NCBI GenBank assembly: GCA_965112735.1
Contig: OZ218953.1
Location: forward strand, 372,001-436,000
DNA from: Phaeosaccion multiseriatum
Taxonomy: Eukaryota; Protista; Ochrophyta, other classes
Length of the DNA: 64,000 nucleotides
Direction of reading: 5' to 3'
The translations under genes and the position numbers were made by a program. Positions 46,601-57,121 of this stretch are shown here, in pieces. Numbering within the stretch: position 1 is the stretch's first letter; every line of letters begins with the position of its first letter. Under the pieces are notes generated by a model. That model did not search any database and had not been told where the DNA came from. It worked only from the letters and a program-made list of their open reading frames with translations.

Positions 46601-47538
46601 ATGTCCTGACACCCCACACCCTCTCTCCGTCCTGACACCCTACACCCTCTCTCTGTCCTGACACCCTACACCCTCTCTCTGTCCTGACACCCTACACCCT
46701 CTCTCTGTCCTGACACCCTACACCCTCTCTCTGTCCTGACACCCTACACCCTCTCTCTGTCCTGACACCCTACACCCTCTCTCTGTCCTGACACCCTACA
46801 CCCTCTCTCTGTCCTGACACCCTACACCCTCTCTCTGTCCTGACACCCTACACCCTCTCCATGTCCTGACACCCCACACCCCCCTCATCTCTCTGATCCT
46901 CTTTGACCAATGCCTGATGGATGGCCGCCTCAGAGGCCCAAGCCGGTGGGGGAGAAGCCGGCTTTTTAACCTTGGAACACATTCTGCAGGACTCGCCTCT
47001 GCCCCTGGCCATGAGGGAGAGCCTCTTTGTGAGCCTGCCCGAGGAGAGCTTCAGGAGAGACGTGTCTTCCTCCGACATACGGTGAGCAGAGACGACAAGA
47101 GAAGGCACTCAAGGCAGCAGAGGGCGGCGCAGAGACTGAGATTGGGGTACAAACGCAAACGCGCCTTGTGCGTGGCCGTTGCTACTTGTGCTTTGTGCTT
47201 TGTGCTTGTCCTGTGGGTATACTGTGCTTATCTTGCACTGTGGGTGTACTGTGTTTGTACTGTGTTTGTACTGTGTTTGTACCGTGGTTGTGCACTGTGG
47301 GTGTACTGTGTTTGTACTGTGTTTGTACTGTGGTTGCACTGTGCGGTGCCTATGCTTGTGCTTGTGTACCTTCTCTCACCAACCCTCCGCCCTAACCCCC
47401 TGTATCTCCCCTTGCCCTTCGTCGCCGGTCCTCGCGCGTTGCGTCACTCCGCTATCTGTCCGCCCCTCTCCCCCCTCCTCCGCCCCCCTTCGCCTCTCCG
47501 CTGCCACCACAAGACGGCAGCGAGAGCAGCACCAGTAG
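43652..47538 (+). CDS. CinA/PncC-like plus cytidylyltransferase-family (NMNAT-like) fusion protein, possible organellar presequence
   Basis: SWLLGMPGASAVLLEASVPYS, GVGCTAAVAS...KKGEHRCHIA, RAGED; IYPGSFNPLHEGH (HxGH), FEMSVSNADK, TRAPLFVDKARLFPGCVFVLGADTIARLVDPK|YY, FIVGGR, RRDVSSSDIR. The 3' end is either TGA at 47085 or a spliced tail ending at 47538; the start codon is uncertain. Confidence 0.82.
45970..46027. repeat. 15-bp tandem repeat CTCGACACTAATCCG x4 (intron)
   Basis: Seen directly. Confidence 0.85.
46440..46882. repeat. 26-bp minisatellite CCTGACACCCTACACCCTCTCTCTGT, about 17 copies (intron)
   Basis: Near-identical tandem units with no unique spacers; degenerate copies extend upstream to about 46330. 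Confidence 0.9.
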
Positions 47539-48174
47539 CAGGAGCAGCAGCAGTAGCAACAGCAGCAGCAGCAGCAGCAGCAGCGCCATTTAAGTATTAG
47601 CATCAGTAAGTGCAGAAGCTGAGGAGTCTCAGGACTTGACGATGGCACCAGACGGGAGGAGGGTGGGCAACGTAGGAAAAAGCCCCATTCATCAAAATCG
47701 ATTTACAAGTACGTCGTTTATGAAAAGAAGGGAAAAAGAAAGGTTCTCCTCCTGCTCCTGCTCCTGCTCCTGCTCCTAGTCCTGCCATAAACAACCCAAC
47801 TGCCTGTACATACACGCGACCGCAGAGGATCGTCCTTTTGTGCATGCTCGCACACCGCCACAGAGAGTGGGGGCATTGGGGCATCGGGGCTGAAGGGTGT
47901 AACGGTCTTAGGGGCTGAAGGGTGTAACGGTCTTAGGCTCTCACGGAGCGCCCAAAGCTTGTGACTCATCTTCATCATCAACAGCGGGCGGTGGGTGATG
48001 GGAGTACATCCACAATCAAGCTCATCATCTGCAGACTTGCTGAATAAAGTCAGCAGAGAATGATGTTGTTCGTGGTACGTATCCTCATCATCCACCGCCA
48101 GCTGTTGATGGGCAGAGAATGACGCTGTTCACCACAAATGGGGTTGGTTGTCGTGCCTCCTCCTACTCATCCTC

Positions 48175-48232
<58 letters not shown>

Positions 48233-48784
48233 GTACGCCGGACAGCAGTTTTGAAGTACTGCTACTTCGTCTTCCACTCTCCACATGCTGCAGTCACTTG
48301 GACACACCTGAAGAGCAAAGTTCCTGAGCCTTGAAGCACAATCCTTCCATTGTTGGGTGACCTTGATTGACTGAAGTTGTTGGCGTGCTCGCTGCAGTCC
48401 ATCCTTAAGAAGTGACTGCAGCCGTGAGCATACAGCATTCGACAACAAAAGGCCCTCCAGCGAAGTAAGGTTTGAACTACAAGTGTCTACAGGTTCACCG
48501 CTACCTGTAAATCATCTCTTTCTTCGCCCTTCAGCTCTCTCCAGCCCGATGCACCACACGTGCTGAGTGGCGCCCTGGTGCCGTCCGTGACGGCGTCAAA
48601 GTGGAGAGAAGAGCCCTCCCTGCCCAACGAGGACAGGACGGTAGGTAGGTTGGTAGATTGGTAGGTAGGCAGGTAGACAGGTAGGTGCCCACCTCTCACC
48701 CCTCGCGTCACCCCATCTCCTCCCCTCTCCCCTCTCCCCCCTTGGTATGACGTCCTCCTCCCTTGGCTGCCTGCCGATAGCCCC

Positions 48785-50020
48785 TCAGCTCCTTGGCTGA
48801 ATGAGACCTCTCCCTCCCTCCGTTCTTCCGTCCATCTCGTCGATGAGCGCCAGCAGGGCAGCCTTGGTTTTGGCACCGCCAACGGTACGCGAAGTGCCCT
48901 TACCCTTGCCCCTGCCCTTCTCCTTGTTCCTCTCTGCCAGGGCGTGCTCCTTGAACTGTGCAACTTGCCTCAGTTCCTTTACCGTCATCCTCTCCAGCAG
49001 CCCCGCCTGAAGCTCTCGGGACAGGCGCGCGTTGCTCTCCACCTGCTCGCGTAGCTCAGCCACGGAGAGGCCCCTCTCCGTGCCGCCAGCTTCCCGCTCC
49101 TCCTCCTTTCCAGCAAGGCCCTCCCATGGGGCCCAACGCTTGTCTGTCGCCCAACCGCCGAACCCCCCTGCCAAGCCACTACCGCCACTGCCGGTGCTGC
49201 TACCGGTTGCTAGCATTCCCCGTCCGTCTGGCGTGGGCTTGCAGTAGAAGAGGAGGTCTGCCATGCCCTCGTTGGAGCTCCGCAGCTGCTGCAACACGTC
49301 CGCTGGCACGCCCTCTCTAAGCTGCCACAGATCGCCCACTCTTCGACCGCTCTCCACCAACGCCTTGCCTGCCCCGCGTTGACTCCCGTCTACCATGCGT
49401 CCCTCTGCTGCCGCAGCAGCAGCTTGCGCCGCCTCCTGCCTCCCTCGTTCCCACCCCTCGACGAGGCGAACACAAACGTACGCTCCCACGAACGGAACAA
49501 CAGCATCGACACTCTTGTCCAACCATTGGATTGCATAGGACAGTGCCATGTAGCCGGCTACTGCCGCCATCACCCTGTAAGCTACGCCTCCCACACCCCC
49601 GCTGCTGCTCTGTCCTTTTGCCCCCTCCCCGTCTTCCTCGTCTTCCCAAGAGCGCATAAAAAAAAGGGTATCATCGTCTTTGTTCCCTTTCCCTTCCTTC
49701 TTTTGAATCTCCCGATAGACTTTCTGGTACACTCCTCGCTCCATCTCCCTAACTCGCAGAGCAAGCCTTCTCTCCTCCTCATCGCGAGCACCCTCCTTCA
49801 TGCCCACACGCCACCCCACCTTGTTCCTTGCCCCTCGAGGGGCACTGTTGTTCTTCTCATTGGCGCCAACGCCCCACCCTCTTTCCCTCTTGATGCCATT
49901 GCCAGACCGAGGGGCAGTGTTCACAAACGCCATTTCCCCGCTCTTCGCCACTGCCCCCGCCCCGATGACCAGCATCTCCAAGCGATGAAGCGGCCCACGA
50001 GGCATGGGCCGCTCCTTCAT
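48785..50020 (-). CDS. Hypothetical protein with two predicted TM helices and a C-terminal SAP/Rho-N-like helix-extension-helix motif
   Basis: 411-aa ORF; hydrophobic VAYRVMAAVAGYMALSYAI and AVVPFVGAYVCVRLV; LERMTVKELRQVA...KTKAALLALI. Start uncertain. Confidence 0.55.
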   Translation of the reverse strand: MKERPMPRGPLHRLEMLVIGAGAVAKSGEMAFVNTAPRSGNGIKRERGWGVGANEKNNSAPRGARNKVGWRVGMKEGARDEEERRLALRVREMERGVYQKVYREIQKKEGKGNKDDDTLFFMRSWEDEEDGEGAKGQSSSGGVGGVAYRVMAAVAGYMALSYAIQWLDKSVDAVVPFVGAYVCVRLVEGWERGRQEAAQAAAAAAEGRMVDGSQRGAGKALVESGRRVGDLWQLREGVPADVLQQLRSSNEGMADLLFYCKPTPDGRGMLATGSSTGSGGSGLAGGFGGWATDKRWAPWEGLAGKEEEREAGGTERGLSVAELREQVESNARLSRELQAGLLERMTVKELRQVAQFKEHALAERNKEKGRGKGKGTSRTVGGAKTKAALLALIDEMDGRTEGGRGLIQPRS

Positions 50021-50218
50021 TTGACGATAGGCAGAAGATGTCGTAGATCGAGGGGGATGGGGTGCTTCTGTGCCGTTAAGTGCCTTCTACACTCATTCCT
50101 TCCTGTCACTTAATTCCTGCCACAAAGAGCATTCTTGCTGTTGTAATGTGCAGAACAAAGAAGTATTTGGTGTAGGCGCCGTCTGAGGGGTTCTCAGGAG
50201 GGCAAGCACAGCGCAAGC

Positions 50219-53200
50219 ATGAAAAGGAACGCCGCGACGTGCGCAAAGAGGGGAGGAGCGCCGGCGTTGCTGGCGTTGCTCGCGTTGCTGACTCTGGTCC
50301 TGGAAAGTGCGACAGGGTTCATCTCTCCGCCTTCGTTAGCTCAGTATGCGGTCTCACCATCAGGGTCATCGCCGTCATGCTGCTCCCGCGGTAGCAGCAG
50401 CATCAGGAGCAGCAGCAGCAGCAGCAGCAACAACAGGGGGGGCAGCAGGCGTGCCCGAGAGCTCGGCTCTCGGCTGCGCGTAGCCGAGGACGTGAGCGTT
50501 GAAGGGGGCTCAATAGGAGTCCTCACCGATAATGGCAGCGACGGGGTGAGTGGCTCAATCGCATGTTCCTTACCCCCTCGTAAAGGAACAACTTGCTTCT
50601 TATCTTCTCTTTTCTTGCTCGGCTTCTTCGGGCTACGTTCGCCCTGCCACCCTCCCGCGAAGTACGCTGTCTCTACCTTCCAAAGCGCACACACGATGAT
50701 GTGGCTGGGCACGTGTGTCGTGTCCGCTGTGAGCAAGTCTTCTGACCCATCCCTTGTGCCGACCCCTATGGTTGCTCCCGATGTGTCATGTTCATGTCTC
50801 GGCTTTGTTTTGCAGTTCCCTGCCACTCTCTCGCTGGGAGCCCCAAGGCACCGACCCGGGAAGGAGAGCTACACCACCAAGGGAGGCGTGCACGTGAGTA
50901 GAGCGGATGCGCGAGTAGAGGTAGAAGCTGCTGGCGTGCGCCATCCGTTCTATACCTCAGCAACTCGAAAAGGCGATGACGCATGTCCACATATCCAACA
51001 GCGCGGGAGGCGGTGTGCTGTCCCCTTCCAACCTTTCTCCTTGCCCCGGCCCAGCCCTTACTCTGCTCTGCCCCCTCCCCCCTCCGGATGCCCTCCTCTG
51101 GATGCCCTGGATGGCCTGATTCCCTTGTGTGCAGGTCAAGTGCGAGGTGGTTGACGTACCCGACCCTCAGGTAGCGGTGGAGGGTATCGTGGCTAAGCTG
51201 GACGAGCACCAGGGTGAGACAGAGAGAGAGAGAAAGCGAGAGAGAAGAGAAGATAGAAACAGAGAGCGAGCGAGAGAGAGAGAGAAAGAGGAAGAGATAG
51301 AGAAAGAGAAGGAGAGAGAGAGAAAGAGGTGACAAAGAAACATGTGGACATAGCCTCACTTTCGCTCCCCCTCTCCGTCGGTCTCTGCGGCAGCTTTGGA
51401 AGGGCTGACGGCCCTCGGGTGGCCTCACCGAACTAAACCGACTCAGTCCCCACCCGACCCCAGGAGTCTCATCGGTCTTCGTTTTCGCCCCAGCCCCAGC
51501 CTCAGCCTCATCGTTCTTGCCCCCCCCCCCCACCCCTTGGTCTACCATTGCTTGTGTCAGGGGTGCTGCTGACGTCCTCTTACGAGTACCCTGGGCGTTA
51601 CGCCCGCTGGACCATCGGCTTTGTTGACCCACCCATCGAGGTCACGGGCAAGGGAAGCACCTTCAAGATTAGAGCGCTCAACGACAGGTTGGGACTGACT
51701 AAGTGACTGACTTACTGACTGACTGACTTGCTGACTGACTGACGGCCTGACTGACTGACTGACTGACTGACTGACTGACTGACTGACTGACTGACTGACC
51801 GACTGACTGACTGACTCGAGTCGGGCAGGAGGAGCAGGATGGACAGGAGGAAGGAAGGAAAGAAGGAAAGAAGGAAGGAGAGAAGGAGAGAGAACAAGCA
51901 AGGAAGGAAGACATTGATCGATCGAACGTGACAGACTGGACCTCTTCTCATTCGCCTCCTCCGTCGCTGGGGTTGCTGTTGTCTCCCTCTGTTGTTCCGT
52001 CCGCCCCTCGCCCTCAGAGGGAGGGTGCTGCTGCCCGCCTTCAAGTATGCGCTGAAGGGACACGACGCCATCGGAACTGTTGTGGAGGCCGATGGAACGG
52101 ACGGCGCCTCTCTCGAAGGGTGAGTAAGAGCAAGAGCACCGAGCAGGAGTAAGAGCGACGAGCGAGCGCATGAAGCGCTGGGCCTCATGCCCTCCCTTCC
52201 TTATTTGTTCACCCCTCTTTCTCCTCCTCTCCACCCCCTCCCCTCCCTTCCCCTCCACCCCTTCCTTCCCCTTCCCTTCCACCCCCCCCCCCCTTCCATT
52301 GCCCTCCCCACCCCCCACCTGACCCGGCCTCGCCTGACTGGCACCGGCGTGACTGGGCCTGAATGGCGTGATTGGCATGGCAGGACAATCGCCGAGCGTG
52401 AGGGCTTCTTCTCTGAGGAGGAGCGCTCTCTTCAGCCGTCCTTGTTCGGGCTGGTGAGGGCCCTTGTGCAGCTGTTCGGCTTTGAAGATGATCCTCAGCT
52501 GGGTCTGTACGGCGCCTTTGGCTACGACCTCACCTTCCAGTTTGAGCCCATCGAACAGGTCAGGGTGTGTGGAACAAGTTTGTCTATCAGTCTATTCTTA
52601 TTCTATTGTACTGAGACTAATCCTTTGCTCCCTCGCTCCCCCTCCGTCCCCCCCCTGCCCAACAGATGCACGCGCGTGACCCTGAGCAGAGCGACCTTGT
52701 GCTGTATCTGCCTGACGAGGTAAGTCAAGTCTAACCCTAAGAACTAGCTTACTAAACTAACTAACCCAAGAACAGCGTACCACCTCAAGACTTACAACTC
52801 TAAGAACTAGCTTACTAACCTGCACTAAGTACGAACTCACTCACTAACGACGTTCACTGACTTACTGACATACATCCAAGGTGCTCGTGGTGGACGAGGA
52901 GAAGCGCGACGCGTGGAAAATCAAGTACGACTTCGCCTGGAAGGGGAAGGGGAAGGGGGAGGGGGAGGGGGAGGAGGAAGGGGGCTCCACTGAGGGGCTA
53001 GAGCGGACCGGTCACACGTTGAAGTACGAGGCTTCTACGCTGCCCCCCGGGAGAGACACGCCTGAAGGGCTCTATAGCAAGAAGGTCGAGCGCGCTCGTG
53101 AGGAATTCAAGGTGAGGGAGGGAGAGAGAGAGGGAGGAAGGGAGGGCGGGAGAGAGGGAGAGGAGGAGACAGGGGGGAGGGAGGGAGGGAGGGAGGGACA

Positions 53201-56200
53201 GCAGGCACGACAACATCAGATTGCGAAGACGTTCAGCTTGCCTGCCTTTTCTATTCTACGTTCTCTTGCACCACTTCTTAACTCGACGCCCTCCATGCCC
53301 CTCCCCTCACATCCAAGGTCGGTAACCTGTTCGAAGTGGTCTTGTCCCAGACCTTCAAGGAGCCTTGCAAAAGCCCACCCTCGGAAGTGTTCAGACGACT
53401 GCGCAGTAGGAACCCCTCCCCCTACGGCTTCTTCATCAACCTCGGCAAGGTGAGTGAGTGGGTGGGTGGGTGGGTGAGTGCGTGAGGGAGTGAGGGAGAG
53501 AGGGAGTGGGTGAGGGCAGTCAGTGAGGTATTCGAGGCTCTAGGGACGAATCGGTATGAATGACAAGAGGAGGGTAAACTAGAGGGTAAACTAGACAGAA
53601 CGATGGAGAGAGAGAGAGAGAAAAGAGAACGAGCTGCTCCGTTTCTATTCCGCTGTACATACATGCAGCATCAACACACCGACTCCCCCCACCCCCAATC
53701 CATCCACTACCATCCACTGCCATCCATGTTTCCCCAGAACGAGTACCTGGTGGGGGCCTCCCCAGAGATGTTCGTCCGCTGCGAGAAGACCGGCGAGGGT
53801 CTCCGCGTCGAGACGTGCCCCATCTCCGGCACCATCGCCCGGGGCAGCGACCCCATGGAAGACGCGTGCAACGTGCTAGAGCTTCTCGCCTCGGCTAAGG
53901 AGGAGAGCGAGCTCACCATGTGCACGGATGTGGATAGGAATGACAAGAGCCGCATATGCAAGCCCGGCAGCGTCGCCGTCATCGGCCGGAGACAGGTGCG
54001 TGTGCGTGTGGGTGTGCGTGTGCGTGTGCGTGTGCTTGTGTGTGTGCGTGTGGGTGTGGGTGTGGGTGTGGGTGTGGGTGTAGGGAAGGGTGTGTGTGTG
54101 TGGCCTCTCCGACTTGCGTGTGGCGTGTCGTAGCGAGGCTTCGTCCTGCCCCACCCTGCCCATACACCCTGCCTACTTCACCGTCCACATGCCCACAAAC
54201 TGCCTGCTTGCCTGCCTGCCCATATACGTCCAACAGATCGAGATGTACTCCCGCCTGATCCACACGGTGGACCACGTGGAGGGCTACCTCAGGCCCGAGT
54301 TCGATGCGCTTGACGCCTTCCTCTGCCACACCTGGGCAGTCACCGTCACGGTCAGTCAGTCAGTCAGTCAGTCTGTCTTTCTGTCTGGGTATGTGTGTGT
54401 GCGTGTGTGTGTGGTTGTGTGTATTGTGCTTGGTGGATGTTCTCTGCCACACTTGGGCAGTTACCGTCACGGTCCGTGTGTGTGTGCGTGTGTGTGTGCG
54501 TTTCGTATCCACACGCTCGCCCGCCCTCCTCAACTCTCGCGATGTCACACACACACACACGCACGCACACACACACCCACACGCATACACACACACAGGG
54601 GGCGCCCAAGACGTGGGCAATAAAGTTCGTGGAGAAGAACGAGGAGAGCCCTCGGGACTGGTACGGGGGGGCGGTGGGGCTGGTGGGCTTTGACGGCCAT
54701 CTCAACACCGGGCTAACCCTGAGGACCGTTCGCATCAAGAACGGAATGGTGAGGGGAGGGGTGCGGAGGGGGAGGGTGGGGAGGGCAGAAGGCACTCTAC
54801 TTATTCTCTCTCATCTCGTTCCTTTTCTCTCATTCCCTTCCTCCTTCCTCCTCCGTAGGCCGAAGTGCGAGCCGGCGCTACCCTCCTGTGGGACAGTGAA
54901 CCCGCCGCAGAGGAGGCAGAGACAGGTGCGCCGGGGGTCAGGGAGGAAGGGGGGTCTCGCTGTGTCTGTCCCTGCAGCAGCCGAACCCGTGTGCTTGTTG
55001 CTTTTCGTGTCACTATTACACACCCTTCATCCTCATCTCCCCCCCCCCCCCCCCGTCCACTGCCATTCATTTTCTGCCATCCATTGCCTTCCCCCTCCCC
55101 AGAGCTCAAGGCATCGGCGATGATCGACGCTGTGGTGCGCACGGGGAATGACGTGGGGGCCGAGGAGGAGCTCCCAAGGATCAAGGGCACTGGGTGAGTG
55201 AGTGGGTAGAGGCATATGGGCAAGGGTCCTTTTTCTTTTTTTTTTGGATAGAGGGTAGAGGGGAAATGGGGCGGGGTGAGTGAGTGGGTAGAGGCGTTTG
55301 GGCAAGGGTCCTTGAGTGGATAGAGGGTAGAGGGTCAAGGGCACTGGGTGAGTGAGTGGGTAGAGGCGTATGGGCAAGGGTCCTTTTTGAGTGGATAGAG
55401 AGTAGAGGGTAGAGAGAGTGAGGGGGGGAGAGGGCAGGGGTGAGTGAATAGAGGGCTCATGTCAAAGGATGAGTGAGTGGGTAGACGGGTGTGGGATGAC
55501 GCATGCTCATGTCAGTCAGTTTCGTACGTATGTCAATGAGAGCCCACGCACGGATACACGCGCTCACTCGCCCCCCGGCCCCCTGCTGCGCTCTCTGTGC
55601 GCTCTGGCCGGGCTCTGCCTCTCTGTGTGGCGCTGGCTGGCTGCCTTCCTTCCTTCCTCCCTTCCTTTCCTTCCTTCCTTGCTTCCTTCGATCCTTCGCT
55701 CCTTCCTTCCTTCCTTCCTTCCTTCCTTCCTTCCTTCCTTCCTTCCTCCATTCAGCGAGGGCAAGAACGTGCTCTTGATTGATCACGAGGACTCTTTCGT
55801 GCACACGCTCGGCAACTACCTCAGGCAGACGGGCGCCAAGGTGAGGCACCAGTGGGTATAGGCAATGTATGTATAAACTGTGAGTACCAGTGTGTGTGTA
55901 TTGGCAGTGTATGTGTAGACAGTGAGCACCGGTGAGTGTGTGTGCAGTCGCGCTTCTCTGCATCCACCGTCCCGTGGATGGTCCACCCCTTCTCACCCGC
56001 TTCTCTCTTCTCTTCTCGCTCTGTCACTCTCCCCCTCCCTCTCCCCCTTCCTCAGGTGACTACCGTTCGTAGCGGCGAGCCCCTTCGTGCCTTCTTCGCT
56101 GACCTCAAATCCGGCGACAAGAGCACGCGCCCACTCCCCGACCTCGTTGTGCTGTCCCCCGGGCCGGGCAACCCCACCGACTTTGACCTATCTGGCACCA

Positions 56201-56822
56201 TCTCTGCTCTGCTGGAGCTGCGCCTCCCTGCCTTTGGCGTATGTCTGGGCCTGCAGGGGATGGTGGAGCACTTTGGGGGTGAACTTGGGGTGCTGTCATA
56301 CCCCATGCACGGCAAGCCCTCGTCTGTCGCTCTTGTCGATCGGTAAGGGCCGAGGAGTGTATGGTGTATGTGTGTGTGCGTGTATGTGTGGGGGATGTAT
56401 GCGAGGAGAAGGGGATGTATACTCTCCACTCGACCTGTTTGCTTGCGTTCCGTCCGCGGTGGGGGAGTACCCCACTACCACTCACACACGCCTCCCCTAC
56501 CGTACTACCAACTGCTGCAATACACGACATACATACACATACACACAGATCATCGCACCGCCTGCCCGTGTTCGACGGCCTCCCTGACTCCTTCGGCGTG
56601 GCTCGCTACCACTCCCTCTACGGCCTCACAAACAAGATGCCCTCCTGCCTCCGCCCCACCGCGGTGACGGAGGACGGAGTCGTGATGGCTGTAGAGCACA
56701 CGTCGTTGCCCTTCGCGGCGGTACAGTTTCATCCAGAGAGCATCCTCACCAACGAGAAGCACGGCCTGTCCATACTCGCCAACTGCCTAAGCTCGTTGCA
56801 GTACCCAGAAGACGGAGGGTAG
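50219..56822 (+). CDS. trpEG: Fused anthranilate synthase TrpE-TrpG with probable plastid bipartite presequence (multi-exon)
   Basis: Signal-like [17 protein letters not shown] then Ser-rich peptide; [113 protein letters not shown]; GATase [36 protein letters not shown]. Confidence 0.93.
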
Positions 56823-57121
56823 GGAGGGGGGAGGAGAGGAGGAGGAGGAGGTAGGAAGAGCTCTTGCTCGTCATAAAATTTATTTACTATCCAAGAGAAA
56901 AACATGATACTTTGGTGAGTCATCACAATGAAAAGCGTCACCACGATGCAACGATAAGATCATTAGAAAAAGCTGGCTCCCAGAAGCCGCCCCCCCCCCC
57001 CCCATCCACTGCCATCCCCCCTCCCAGCCCCCTTCCAGGCTAAAGAGGGAGAGGAGAGGAACAGCAACTTGCACTGCCATCCACTGTCATCCCCCTCCCT
57101 CATTCCTCTCTCCTCCAACAC

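Noticed and set aside
46440-46882. CRISPR array
   Set aside because: Contiguous 26-bp units with no unique spacers, no cas genes, located in a eukaryotic intron.
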